DNA from: Phyllosticta citribraziliensis
Taxonomy: Eukaryota
Assembly (NCBI RefSeq): GCF_038025025.1
Contig: NW_027117338.1
Coordinates: forward strand, 620,001-684,000
Length of the DNA: 64,000 nucleotides
Direction of reading: 5' to 3'
In this document: positions 26,505 to 39,128 of the stretch, piece after piece
Numbering within the stretch: the first letter of the stretch is position 1
Layout: every line of letters starts with the position of its first letter
Position numbers and translations under genes: made by a program
The notes under the pieces: generated by a model
Told to the model about the DNA's origin: nothing
The model's input: the letters and a program-made list of their open reading frames with translations, nothing else
Databases searched by the model: none

Positions 26505-29179
26505 AATGCGGATTCGATGACCACTGAAGAAGGAGGAGGTTTGTCTGTTCCCGCCCCAAGCCAGCAGAAAGAGACTCGCTCTCCCGCTCTCTCCTTAGAC
26601 GACTGGGACTCGACTTCCGGTGCTGCTTCTGCTGCTTGTTTTCCTTAGTAAGCGGTGATGGCGACTCATTTTAAGCTTTGTTGAAGCTTGGGATGTGCCA
26701 ACCGCCCTCCCCGCGCTCATGGAGTGGCTGTTCTTTTAAAGCCATGCTACGTCAGGCCGGCAATCAGACCTGATTTGCACGCCTTGAGCTGCGCCATTGG
26801 CTGCATTGCTAGGGTATCAGCTGTTGGGCGTCCGCTGTCTCCCTCGTCAAGTCCTTTATATGCCATTCTTTTGGGCCTTGAGGTATGCCTAGTTTAGTAT
26901 TGTGGCCGTGGTTTGTCGGCCCGCCTGCATGACCACCATGATCAGCATCCCCGATCTTCTCGCTTGCGCCCGGCTTGTGGCCGCAAGCGATAATCTTGTG
27001 TCTGGACCGTGACGACTGATTGCCCTTGCTAGTGGCATTTGAAGAGTTCGGCAACCTTGACCGCAGAATTATCCGGGGAAATCGCGTGTCCGGTTCTTAA
27101 GGTTCATGAATGAGGTTACTGCTGGAACATGTTATTTCCCTGTCGTTGCATGAAGGCTGCGGAATGCAAAAGCGGCGAGCATTGTTTCCATGGTGCTTAG
27201 TTGAGCATTTCTTCCAATCGACAGAAGTTCCCTCGAGGTGCCATCTTCGCGTCAGTGGATAATAGTGTGATGATCAACGGCTGCAGGGGCTGCGGGCCCG
27301 ACGCGACCAGCTGACAGCCGAATTGAGGATCCCGGAAATGTACTGAAGAAGAACATGGTTTTCCTGGCGTAATCCCAGCAGGGCACGTATTTGACGTGGG
27401 ATTCTACAGGGTCCCGACGCGCATCGACTATCATGCGAGAGGGGATCTCCACTAGGAAAGAACAGCGCGTGTTGACGCAGAGACTCCATCATCCAATTGA
27501 CTTTTGCGGATGGCTGCGAAAGAGCGGTGCGCGGGAACACAAACGGGAGCAAACGTAAAACGGTTAATGGCGGCGGAATCAGCGAATCAACCGCTGCGGA
27601 GGAGAACCGCGTCAAAGTCGAGTGTTTAGAAGATGAAACCTGCACATCTTTGGAGCGAACTGATGAATTTCCGCACCCAAGAAGCTTGTTCAGCTCTGAG
27701 GCTGATGGAAAAGTGCATCAACATTGCTGCCATTCCATCACAAGTGTAGATGGATAGTGAACGCGGCCAAAAGCGTTTGGCGCCTTCAAGACAGAACCGA
27801 TCATCGGTCCCTGCAGGGGTTCCGGGTTCGGCGTCTTATCCAAAGCCGCACAGGACACTTTGTATCCTGCCGTAACCTTCTTTGACATCGAGCTCGCTCG
27901 GAAGCTCCTCGACCAGGAGCTGGCAGGAGAGTGCCGTCGCTTGCAGGGATTTTGAAGATCATGGACAGTTCATGACGATTTTTGAACATGAAAGTAAGCC
28001 ACTACAGCCTCTCTCGAATCCGGCACACACGAGCAAACTGATGAAGCATCCGGCTCAGCTCGTTCGGCCAGGCGAAAGTTCAGTCTCAGCTTTCACCAAT
28101 CCAGGCCAATCGAACTCAACGTGCAAAGCATACGAGCGAGCATTCCAGGACCTTTTTCATCAGCAAAATACCCTGAGAGCTCAGAAGCGTGCGCGTGGCA
28201 TGGAGGCTGATGGTTTTGAAGCCACAGCAGGCAAAGCCTTGCATCTCTTGCCAAGGTGTTTTGGCCCAAGGCGACAGGTCTGGACCTCGTTGGCTGCGAT
28301 CGTCCCTCGGTGGTTTGAGGGTGTTTTGCTCTTGAAACTCAAGCGGCTGAACCTAAAAGGTTACGCGCGATGAAGGGTCCAGTTGGCGGCGGCGTCGTCG
28401 TTGCGTTTGATGCAAACTGTCAAGACATCGCAAAAGCAATGGAGCAGTGTCGATTGATAATGGTTCAGAAACTGATGCCTGTAGAAACCAGACTCTCTCT
28501 ACGCGCCAACGCAGGCAATGAGTGCGAGCGCTTCGACGAGTTTCAGCGTTGGGCCTTGGCTTCAGAAAGCAATGCGACCAGAGCTATCAAAAAGCGAGTG
28601 AAGTTACCATTGCAGCTCGGCTTCAAGGTTGTCGAGGCCAAGAAGCGCAGTAGATCTGTTTGGCGAGCGCGGGTCTTGTGCCAATCAGCAAGAGATCCTA
28701 CCTGTTTCAAAGCGCTTCCTTCGGGTAGCAGGGGACGGAAACTGGTTGCGAGTGTCTGGGCGAGTCCTCAGCGATTCGATAGCGGCGACTGGCTTGTGTA
28801 TGTTGAAGTGTCTTGCTCGTATAGGAAATGATGAAGATTCTTGGATCACAGCCAGTGACGCCAGAAGCATTGACTGAAGGCAACATGCTTAATTCATGTG
28901 ATGTGCAGCGGCAATAGGGGGCACCGACGGCCGGTGAGCCACTGGGCTGTCAGGCACTGCCCCGTTTGGTAGCGTTTTCGAATCCTCTGCCGCAGATGCC
29001 TAGCTCAACTTGTCCAAGTCGTGGAGCGGCAATTCGGATGACCGGTCAGGGCTACTGATCAGCAACGTTAGCGCCAGGCGTACAAGTAGTGTGCCTAGTC
29101 GTGTGTCTCAAATTGAACATCTTTCGCAGATTCTCCAGCTCTTCACAACAACATACACTCTCTTTACACCTATGCAGTC

Positions 29180-29968
29180 ATGTCTCTCCCTTCTCGTTAT
29201 GAAATCAGGAAGCTCGGCCCAGAGCACCTCGACTGGGCCAAAGCCATTGTCGCTCACAGCAACATGTTCCACTCGCCAGTTTGGCCAGTGATATTCCCAG
29301 GCAGAAAGACAAAACGCACCTACGCTCTCTTTCGAAGCATCGACTACCTTTGTCGACACAGCATCTCATCAGGCCTGTCATATGGCGTCTTTGACAAGCT
29401 GTACGCGTTCAAAAATCCAGACTCCATACCCAACGGCGGAAGGCTATACTGGGACGAACGAGACCTGGAGGCGGACGGGGTGGACCTGCTGGAGCAAATG
29501 GACTTTCCACTCGTGTCGGTGGCCATGTCATACGACAGCATAAACCCACTGGACAAGAACAAGATGAAGCCGCTCGTCGACATACTGCCACCCTACGCAC
29601 TCATGTACCAAGAGCTCGAGCTCCTCGACCGGCGAGACGCACGGTCGTGGAAGGCGACGGGCCCAAAACAAGTGCTCTTCCGCAGCGCGACGGCCACGCG
29701 GGTCGAGTACGAGGCACAAGGCCTGATGAGGACGCTGTCGCAGTGCGTCATGAAGGTCGCCGCATCAAAGGGGTTTCGCGGCATCCAGATCGAATGCTCG
29801 CATGACGCGGTGTCCAAGGCGTGGAGCAGCCCGCCGGCCCCCTTCAAGGGCAGGGTGGTGGCCAAGTTCAGCACGACAATGTACGAGGAGATGGACGAGC
29901 GGGGAAGGAAGATCAACCCGTTCTACCCAGCAAAGCAGACGATGACGAGGGTTTACGTCGCGCTGTGA
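29180..29968 (+). CDS. conserved fungal protein, probable GNAT (acyl-CoA N-acyltransferase) fold
   Basis: Intronless 262-aa ORF with coding-like codon usage. TATRVEYEAQGLM and AASKGFRGIQIE resemble GNAT motifs A and B. Confidence 0.7.
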   Translation: MSLPSRYEIRKLGPEHLDWAKAIVAHSNMFHSPVWPVIFPGRKTKRTYALFRSIDYLCRHSISSGLSYGVFDKLYAFKNPDSIPNGGRLYWDERDLEADGVDLLEQMDFPLVSVAMSYDSINPLDKNKMKPLVDILPPYALMYQELELLDRRDARSWKATGPKQVLFRSATATRVEYEAQGLMRTLSQCVMKVAASKGFRGIQIECSHDAVSKAWSSPPAPFKGRVVAKFSTTMYEEMDERGRKINPFYPAKQTMTRVYVAL

Positions 29969-30350
29969 GACGTCGGGGCTTTGTCGACAGGTTGCCAAAG
30001 AAAGGAATAGAGGAATCAAGTTGTTGACGTCTCGAGTGGTGTCTCATTCGCGACGCGAGATACGGCGCAAGAGAAATTCAATGCCGATGTTGTTGTCGAT
30101 GCTGCAAAATTCCAAATATAATGGAGTCCATGATGGACGATGAAGGTTTGGGACGGCGAGAGGACATGTGAAAGCCATGCACTCGACTGGCTCGGATCGT
30201 CCCATGCGCCACAACCGAGCCCGCGCCACTCGAGAGCCTGGGCAGCCACAGCAAGCGAAAAAGTTCCCAAACTCCATGCTATCTCCGGCACTAAACACAG
30301 CACCTCCACACCACCACGACTTTCTTCCATTCCTCGTCCAGTCTACCGCC

Positions 30351-31144
30351 ATGCCGCCCTCGCAATCGTGCGGCGTCTGCGCCGACCAGCCTCCCAAATA
30401 CAAGTGTCCATCATGTGAGCTGCGATAGTGAGTGCCCCTGCGCAGACAGGCAACAAAACACAGCGGGCAAGACACTGACTAGACTGCCCGCGCGGGTGGT
30501 GCTGCTGCAGCTGCTCCATCGTCTGCTACAAGACGCACAAATCCACGACGCACGCAGATGCAACCGCATCCTCAGCCGCAGGCCCAGGCCCAGGCCCAGG
30601 CCCAGCCACCACATCTTCTTCCGCTCCCGCAACCACGGCGTCCTACACATCGTCAAATCCGACGTCCAACGCGTCCGCTCACCCTCCTCCACCAACGCTG
30701 CCGAGCGTCGCAGCTCCAACCACCTCTGCTCCCACTACCACAACCACCTCGCCCCACGCATCCCTCCTAACCAACCCGTCCCTCGCGGCCCTCTTCACGC
30801 GCTACCCCGCGCTGCGGCACCGACTCCAGCGCATCTACGCGTCGATGCAGGAGCCCGATCCCTCGACGCTCGCCGCCGACGATTCGTCGCACTCGTACCA
30901 AGCCCACCATCGAGGCGGGCGCGGGCGAGGCCGGGGGCGCGGACGCGGACGTGGAAGGGGGCGTGGAGGCGGCGGCGGCGGCGGCGGGCCGTGGAAGCAG
31001 GAGTACGCGGATCGGGCGGCAGTGAAGCAGCTGTTGCGCATGCGGGCGTGGGATGGCGAGGTGGGCGAGGGCGTGCGGGAGTTTGTAGCGTTGGTTGCGC
31101 AGCCAAGGGAGAACGGCAGTAGCAGTGGAGAGACAACGGCCTGA
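30351..31144 (+). CDS. HIT-type zinc finger protein (Hit1/ZNHIT3-like)
   Basis: CGVCADQPPKYKCPSCELRY|CSIVCYKTHK across intron 30428-30510. The C-terminal part has LFTRYPALR, an RG-repeat tract and EGVREF. Confidence 0.85.
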
Positions 31145-31818
31145 GAAGGTGCTGGAAATGAAGGGAGATGATGAGATGGAAGCGTCGAGTTGAGAGAGAT
31201 GTATGTGGCTGGACGGACAGTGGACGGAAAAGGAGTGAATCAAGATACCCCAGAGACATATAGGAAAGAAAAGGAATATCGCATTGGAAAATGATAATCA
31301 ACAGTCCATCCACGGATCCGTCCATCCACAACCACCCCACCTAACCCCCGAAAAGAGCCGCATTTCACAATATTCTGCGCGCTCAATTCCGCTCCGATTT
31401 TCAAATCTTCACGAACTACACCGGGCAAAAAAGATGCCTTCTCCTCTAAATGCTCACTCAACGTGTTGGTCATCGACAGTCCAAACAGATCGATGGCCGA
31501 AAACTGCTGCTGCCGTCGCCGCCGCTGTGGTGGCCACTGACTCGAGTGTCTGCTCTGTTTTTCCTCTCCGTTCCCATGTCATCTCTTTTTTTGCAGCCGA
31601 GGAGCGGAGTCCGTCGTCGCCGCCGCCGTCGACTCCTAGGTATTCCCTCTCTCTGTCTTTCACCTTGTTCTCTCCGCCTGTCGGCCACTTGCCGCAGGTG
31701 CGAATAGATGTATCGATTCGCCCGTATATCAGAGAGCGCACTCCTCCGTGGCAGAAGCCATACCACGCACCGCGCCGCAGCAGAATGGCGCGCGTAGTCT
31801 TAAAAAGCGTGGTTTGGT

Positions 31819-32739
31819 TTAGAACAGCGTCTCGCCGCTCTGCTCGCCTTCGAAGCCGTGGGTCTGCAGTTTGGCGCGGCGCCGCTTGTCGCGCTTCTTG
31901 CGCTCCTCCTGCTCCTGTTTTTGCAGCGCAAACACCTTTTCGATGGGCGCTTGCTCGAAGGGTTCGGGGATGTAGTCGTCCTTGTCGAGGTCCTGTTTAA
32001 GGCATTGCGCGAGCGGTCAGCAGCTGTTTTTCTCTCTCCTCTTGGTCGCCGTCACCAATTTTCTCTCTCCCCCCTAAATTGTATGCTGGGATTTTGGGTG
32101 TGGTGTAATGCAAGGTAGAAGCGCAACGGAGCGGTCACGTACGATTTCTCCCAGCAGCAAGACGTTCTCGCCGCGCACGAGGAAGATGCCGCGCTGGATG
32201 TCGGCGTACAGGTTCTGCACGTAGATGCGCTCGATCGTGTCCTGCAGGACGAGATTTGCTGGATCAACGCGTCAGCAATCCACGGCTCTTGCTTCATGTT
32301 GGTGCACCCTCTTCGTAACGTCCGCGCCCCGCATACCGAATTGATCCCAACTCCGCAGCACGCCAATCAGTTTGCGCCCGTCGCGCAGCGACACCATAAG
32401 CTTCTCTGCAGCACGAACAATACGTCAGCCCTTGTTCCCAAAGTGCCCCGTTTGCCTGGAGCCAAAGCGAATTGGCGCCTCGCAATGCTTTTGGCCTTAT
32501 TTCTCTCCCACTGTTGCCAATTGGCCTGGTCCCGGGTCTCACTGACTGTCTGTCAAGTCCAGCAGCTGCGCGGCCGTCGTGAACATCTGCGGCGGCAGCT
32601 GCGGTACCGTCATGGGCGGCGGCGGCGGTGGGCCGCCCGGCTGTTGTTGCGGAGTCGGCGCGCCGGGCACCTGTTGGTGAGGCGGCTGGGGCGTGCCACC
32701 CAGGGCGGGCGAAGCGTCGTGGATGGTGAGATTCTCCAT
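31819..32739 (-). CDS. LSM1: Sm-like protein LSm1 (mRNA decapping complex)
   Basis: Four exons giving [64 protein letters not shown] and DLDKDD...ETLF*. Confidence 0.95.
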
Positions 32740-33585
32740 GGCGATGTGTTTGTTCGAGGTCGAAAGGGTTCGGTCGATGTGAAGTGAGTCGGTGGTCAGG
32801 TTCGCTAGCGGGGGAGGATTCGAAGTGGAGACGCGTTTTCAGGGAGAGTCCATGACCGCCGGTAAGACTTTTGGTGTTGGTAGAAAGGGCGTTCGTCGCT
32901 GAAGATTGCAGTGGAGACTGACTGGCTGCGCGCAATCGGCTTGTTGCTCTTGGTCGCTGGTTGACGTTATGGACCAAAACGGATAGCGAGCGGTGAGTCG
33001 GCCCGCCGCCACGACCAGAGCCCGTGCGCAGGAGACAGCCAACGGAATACCTGAGGCACTTGGTTCGCTTGGGTGCACTGAACAGTGGAGGGGAGCAGAC
33101 CGCAACGTGTACATACTCAGTCCTTTCCAATTTTCATGCTCCTCACCCTTGTGTCTCTAAAAATCGCAGTTCAAGCCGGACGCTGTCAATTTTGCAAGTA
33201 AGTGTTTATTGTAGACACCTCGAAAGTGGTCCTAGAAGCTCCGACTAACCCAAGAATCGAACAAAGCAAAGGAATAGTAGAACGCCGTCCCCTGGCATGC
33301 AGTGCCCCGCACCTGATGCTCGTCGTCCTTCATGAGGGTATCACAAGTCGAAGCGTCAGTCAGTTACCTATGCCTGCACGTCACCGTTGCTCCGTCCCGG
33401 AAGCCCGCCACCCAGCGTTCTGTTAAGCCAAGACTGCCTCTCCGCGGTTATACCAACCCGCCTCTCTAAGCCAGCCTGAAATGGATATCTCTTGATGCCA
33501 GAAAATCGCCCAAAAAACTCCAGGCCTATGCAGGACCGAACAAGAAGAAGGAAATACAAAACGAAACATGGGCCGGTCAAGCCCT

Positions 33586-36483
33586 TTAGTGACCATGCTT
33601 CTCGGCATGCTTCACATACATTTTCTTTGTGGGAGCCGGTTTGGTCTCATCGTTAATGTGGAGCAGCCTGGCCTGGTTCATCATGCCCTCGATCCACTCT
33701 AGCTTATCCTCAGAAAGGTCGTGCTTTTTGGTGTTGGGGCCCGCCAGTCCGACTTCAGATCCCGCCCAGGACCTCTGCGACCCAACAGAGTTTCCGAAAT
33801 CTTCTCTTCCCATAGAGCTGTAGTTCGACATGGCGCTCCCAGGCCGGGATCTGGATGCGGGTGTGTTGCTGTTGCCAGTCGCAGGAGTGCCGAGGAACTT
33901 GGACTTGTTGGACTTGTTTGACTTGTTGGAGCCGGCATTGCTGTGTGAACTGGTCGGCCTGACGCCTTCGGGCGTGTGTTCCACCCCGAGAATCTCAAAC
34001 TTGCTGTCAGATACGACGCGCCGGCTGTGGTGTTCGACGTATTGCCGCAGGTACTCTCCCAGATCAGCCCATCCGCCTCCAACACGGACCATGACTCGCT
34101 CGCCATTGGGTCCAACGCGCCGCACAAACAGCTTGATGGGCTTGTCCTGGCCAGGTTGAATGAGATGGTACAGTTTGATACCCGAGTCTCTCTGGAAATT
34201 ACGCGCATTGCCGGAGCCGTGTTCAGACTTTACAGGAGACAAGATCATCGAAGGCGTACTTGGTTTGCGAGAAACACGTAGGGACGAAGGAGGACGTGAG
34301 CCAGCGCGAGATCCCGAAAAAGTGCGAACCGATCTGGATGCCCAGTCCGTGGGCGAGTTGTCTCCGCCGGAAGAAAGATGAATTGGGGCATGGACCGAAG
34401 TGATGATTTTGCGAATTTGAGCCTCCAAATCCTGCGTAGCGCTGGACTGTCTTCGATGTTGGTTCTTTCGAGCAAGGCGGAAGGTCGGTTCTGTCGGGGA
34501 CAATGAGCTCCTTTCAAAAGGTTTGGAATCTTCGTCCGAGCCGTGGCCGGCGGAAGTACCAGAGGTTTGCCGACCCTTGGCACCGCGCTTGAACATTGCG
34601 GAGTTGAGAGGAGGGCGAGCTCTCGTGTTCCGTCCTGGTAGAGCGCGAATGGACGGAGAATCGTCAGGGGTGCCAACGCTAGAATTGGACCGCATCGAAC
34701 CGACCGAGCGATAGCTACTCCGAAGTTCACGTTCTGGCGTCGTCCCGGCTGAGAGCAGATCATCATCCGCGTCTGAGGATGCTACGGTTCCGGATTTTCT
34801 TGGAACACTCTCGCCTACCATCCTGTCGGAAGAACTCTCTTCAACGGCAGGCTCAGCTCTGGCCTGATGTCGTCCATTTTCCGGGGAAGTTGGAGTTGAA
34901 GGAGAGGGGGAATCGTTAAGTCTTCGCAGATTGCCGCTTTCCTGCTTCTTGGAAAGAGGTTCGGCGAGGCTGAAAGCCCGGCGAGTCTGGGCGGGTTCGT
35001 CAGACCCCTTGATGCTTGAGCTCCTTGCACTGTCCTCGGATTCCTCTGCCTCGTCGCTGTCGATAGTGTCGGGGTTCAACGTAAAGACACGAGAAGGACC
35101 AGGTTTTGTCGGAGTGCCTTCAATCGTTTCCAGTCGGATCTTGGGCGCGAGCTTAAAAGGAGAGATGTGCACTTGCGGGACAGAGCTTGACCGATTCCGC
35201 TGATGACCCCGGTCATCCTTATCCGCGGGAGAGTCAAATCCAAACGTAGTGCTGGACCTGTTGATACCCGGTGAAGGTTCTCCGGACCGGCCCGAAACCT
35301 TGGGTGAATCGTTTGATGTTTCGGATAGCAAGGAAAAGGGACTGTCTTCTGGCGACAAGAAACGACTGTCTCTAGGGCTGGTCAATCGGGTTCCTCCAAA
35401 CGGTAGAGGCTGATCAGCACCGCGAGCCGAAGTTGGACGGGTCAGTCTCTCGGGCGGCCGAGACATGAGCATGTCGGCTTCGAAGATTCGGCGCTGAGCG
35501 TCGGAGCACCACTTTCCATATTCGGCCTCGAGTTCTTCAAAATCGTCTATCCAATGGTCCGGGAGCGAGTCGTTCATGTCTTCGAGGGAATCGAGCATTC
35601 GGTCAAGTTTTTGTCCAAGGCTTCTGACTTGAGTTTCCAGTACACTGCGAATCGTCTCGGCGGCTTCTTTCCACTCGGCCAGAGCCTTTTGCGATGGCTC
35701 CAATTCTTTTGGAGGAATCAGAGAGTCCCACCCGAGGCGCAGGGCCTTTTTAGCCTCCTTCAGGCCGCCCAGGAATTTGGGAACGTCGCGCAAGACGGCG
35801 ACTCTCATGGTCCATGTGCGCGACAATTGGTTGAGGTAGGATAGACACGGAAGAGCTTGTAACATGGTGTGGGTCACGACATAGGAAAAGTCGTCTAGCA
35901 AGTGCAAATCGGCGCGCTTCTTTCCCTCGGATGGTGCCGACTGCCAGCGGTCCATGGGATACATGTCGAGAATGTGTCCTTTGAGCTCGTCCATGTTGAG
36001 ATCTTCTAATTCGTCCTTGATCTGGTCGAGCCTCTCCCCATAGGCCTGGACACGGGCAGCGGGCAGCGAGCCCCAGTACGCAGCGCGAACGGCATTGGGC
36101 CCCGATGAATGCTCTGCTATCCGATCCAGCTGGCGAGGCGGCTCCTCAAACGTGTCGGGCCAGGTCCATTGTTCCAATTCGGCACACCACGACTTGATCT
36201 TGTGGGTAGCCGAGGCAACTCGAACACCCAGGTCCTTTTCGGCGGGAGACGCGTTGGAAAGCGATGCGAGGAGGGTTTGGTCGTTTGGGGTGGTGGCGGA
36301 AGAGTCGACGCCCTCGGTGAAAGCCTTGAGGGTGGCCGAGGGAGAAATTGGCCATGCGGCGTCGAAGGCGCTGACATTCCGGCGACGATCGCGCGTGGGC
36401 GAAGGTGAGGGAGCATCGCCGACTTTCCTGCGGTCGAGAACGGGTGCGGAGAGGGACAGGGCGCTGGGGGGGCGGGAGGTCAT
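33586..36483 (-). CDS. GAS2/GAR-domain microtubule-associated protein
   Basis: Single-exon 965-aa ORF with the GAR signature RVMVRVGGGWADLGEYL, an N-terminal helical region and Ser/Pro-rich linkers. Confidence 0.88.
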   Translation of the reverse strand: MTSRPPSALSLSAPVLDRRKVGDAPSPSPTRDRRRNVSAFDAAWPISPSATLKAFTEGVDSSATTPNDQTLLASLSNASPAEKDLGVRVASATHKIKSWCAELEQWTWPDTFEEPPRQLDRIAEHSSGPNAVRAAYWGSLPAARVQAYGERLDQIKDELEDLNMDELKGHILDMYPMDRWQSAPSEGKKRADLHLLDDFSYVVTHTMLQALPCLSYLNQLSRTWTMRVAVLRDVPKFLGGLKEAKKALRLGWDSLIPPKELEPSQKALAEWKEAAETIRSVLETQVRSLGQKLDRMLDSLEDMNDSLPDHWIDDFEELEAEYGKWCSDAQRRIFEADMLMSRPPERLTRPTSARGADQPLPFGGTRLTSPRDSRFLSPEDSPFSLLSETSNDSPKVSGRSGEPSPGINRSSTTFGFDSPADKDDRGHQRNRSSSVPQVHISPFKLAPKIRLETIEGTPTKPGPSRVFTLNPDTIDSDEAEESEDSARSSSIKGSDEPAQTRRAFSLAEPLSKKQESGNLRRLNDSPSPSTPTSPENGRHQARAEPAVEESSSDRMVGESVPRKSGTVASSDADDDLLSAGTTPERELRSSYRSVGSMRSNSSVGTPDDSPSIRALPGRNTRARPPLNSAMFKRGAKGRQTSGTSAGHGSDEDSKPFERSSLSPTEPTFRLARKNQHRRQSSATQDLEAQIRKIITSVHAPIHLSSGGDNSPTDWASRSVRTFSGSRAGSRPPSSLRVSRKPSTPSMILSPVKSEHGSGNARNFQRDSGIKLYHLIQPGQDKPIKLFVRRVGPNGERVMVRVGGGWADLGEYLRQYVEHHSRRVVSDSKFEILGVEHTPEGVRPTSSHSNAGSNKSNKSNKSKFLGTPATGNSNTPASRSRPGSAMSNYSSMGREDFGNSVGSQRSWAGSEVGLAGPNTKKHDLSEDKLEWIEGMMNQARLLHINDETKPAPTKKMYVKHAEKHGH

Positions 36484-37117
36484 TGCGGCGGAGGAATGAT
36501 CAACTCAGCATTGAGGGAGCTGTTTGTCGAAAAAGGGCGGGGAGTCGAGTGTTTACAGTGCGGCAGGGTGCGGACGGGAAGAGGTGGGTGGGATGGCAGA
36601 AGATGGGGAACGCGTCGCGCAGGTGTGGAGGGTGCCGAGCCAGGATGTTCGTTATTTCACCTAATTATTGGATCTGAGACCACCTCGCAAATGAGAGCGC
36701 CCATGATGATTGGCGCCGGTGATGAGCCGCCCGTGGGTGTGCCTGGACGGACCTGGGACTGGACCTGGACCTGTCGCCCTAACAGACCTGTGTGTTTTGT
36801 TTCCCGTCAAAACAATGACATTAACCCTTTCCGTCCCTCACGTCCTTGACACTTGACAGCGCATCGTCACTCTCGCTGCTTGCAGCATCCCCCCGCTCCT
36901 CGCAAACGATCCGCGCATCAGCTCCACGTCGCGTCCATCATGTCCACTGCGCTAAAAAGGGGCCAGGTGGATCTTCAGCCCTGCAGAGGCGATCGTGGAG
37001 GCTGAAGAAACAGAGACTGTCTTTGCCGGCTCATTTGTTTTTCAAAGCAATCTTGATTCTTCTTATCTCAACCTCGCTCAAATCGTCTCGTCTACGCCCC
37101 ACGGTCCCGGCCTCCAC

Positions 37118-37916
37118 TCAGTGCTTTGCCTTTTCTTTGGCCAGCCGTTCCTCGCGAGCGACCGCTTCAACCCTGCCATCTTCGCATCAGCGCCAAATTT
37201 ACTCGAGAGTCCCCACGCCCGGTTCGCTTACCTCTGCAGCGCGCCGAAACCCTCAATAAAACACGAGGTGATCCACTGCCACCAAAGCCCGCTGAGCATT
37301 GGCACGTTGTACCTTTCCAGCTTACGCGCCAGCACCACGCTCTCGATGAGGTGGCCTACGACCATGCCCCAGAGCACCACTGGCTGCACTGTAGCCGTGA
37401 AGGCGGCAAAAGCCGGCGCGTAACCCAGCACGTTGTCATGAATGTAAGATCCCGGCAGTGCGTTGGCGCGCCTCGACACGAGGATAAACGACAGGATGCA
37501 GACTGCGAAGACGAGCGCGTGCAGTCCGCGAGGTCGCGTGTACCTCTTGACAGTGACGTCGCTCCTACCCAGGCCCTCCAGCGCGTCCTTGTCCAGCTTG
37601 ACCAGACGCTCGCGAGCCTCGCGCCATGACTTCATCGGAGGGTTCAGGGGGATGGTGTGGTGCTTGCCAGCCGCCGCGATGGTCATGGACTCCAACGAAA
37701 TATCTGCGAGACGAGCGTTTCGGGCCTTGTAGGACGAGACACTGCAAAAGTGCTCAAGGTAACGGCAAACCTTGACAACTCAGCCACGGCGACGCTGGAC
37801 AGGACAGGACAGGACAGACGCAGTTGGAAAAGGCATACCGAGTCATGATGGTCCGCGTTCATGTGGGAGAGAATGCGCTGCTTGGCGGCAGCATCTTGCG
37901 ACTGCGAGTCGGCCAT
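37118..37916 (-). CDS. DUF2470-type N-terminal domain fused to a membrane domain (fungal integral membrane protein)
   Basis: Motifs RILSHMNADHHDS, IPLNPPMKSWREARERLV, GHLIES and WITSCFIEGFGALQR. The last exon reads VEAVAREERLAKEKAKH* and ends at 37118. Confidence 0.8.
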
Positions 37917-39128
37917 GGCGGGTGGTTGGCGGGGGGGAGCTCGCTCGCTGTCACTTCACCGGAGGCGATGAGGTGGCTACATTAGCCGCTGTCGGAGAAG
38001 GAAGCCAGCGCTGTCCAGAAAAAGTCGTGGCCATAATAGCGCGCATCGGATCTCGCCAAAGACGTTCATCTCAAGCGACCACTCGACCGATGTCTTGTCA
38101 GCTCTTTTTTCTACACCGCAATAGATTCAACCTCGGGGAATCGGCTCGTCCGTGTCGAGGCGTGTACAAGCTCCCGCGCTCGCAGGGACCAAGATCCGAG
38201 CGATCTCCCGGAGGACAGAGAGTGATCCCGTGAAGTCGCGTCCTGGAACAAGCTACCAGCGCGACGACAAGACAGTGCAGTGCAGCGAAAACGGGAAGAA
38301 ATCCGAGGTCATGCGCAGAGTCTTCCCAGCCCCTTTTGTGATCACTAACACACCAACGTCAGACTTGATCTCAGCTACTCGGAATCGACGCTTTGCCACC
38401 AGGTGCAACGGTTAGGCGTAGCACCAGTGACATGAACATGTTTGCTAGCTCCGTCTTCCCGGCCCCCCTCCCGTGGGAGCTCCCTCCCGCCCGTCCTCAC
38501 CCTCCCGCCGGGACTAGGTTACGTTAGCTGCTGTGTGAGAACTTGACGTGAACAAGGGTCCTGCAGCTTGGCACCTGGGTAGACGAGAGTTTACGGAATG
38601 CTCTCGTCATTTCTGCAGCGCCCACCATCATGATCGATCCTGTCAGCCGTCCCCACTAGGCTGAGACGCGCACCCTGCCTCCGACATTGAATCATAACTT
38701 GCCGAAAAGGCACCAAAGACGTTGCGCATGACGCTGGGCTGTCTGCCAAAACTTGGAACGGTGCACGGATTCCCGCAGTGGGCCTGTTAGCACCGCGCCG
38801 ACGAGGTGCGAGATCGAGACCTTTTTCCCCCACCGCCATCAACCCTGCCTCTCCACCTGCTGGCTTGCGTCAGAGGCTCCCATGCCCTCCAGTCTGTCCT
38901 GCAGGGGTCTCAATGGCCATGAGCGCAAACCTGCTGCTGATGCACCAAGCATCTTTTTCCCCCCGCTGCCCCCCGTCATTTCCTTTTTACAATCTTTCGT
39001 ACCTGAAGTCTACCTCTTTTCACATCTCCTCTGAACAACTCTTCCTCCGCTCCACCAACAACCAATCTCTTTGATCAAAAGACCCCAACCAACCAAACAA
39101 CACATCTCTCTCCTCAACCATCAACACC

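Noticed and set aside
27882..28831. Two ORFs overlapping at ATGA, resembling an operon-like pair
   Set aside because: There are no recognisable motifs or clear coding bias, and translational coupling is not expected in a fungal genome. An orphan gene cannot be excluded.
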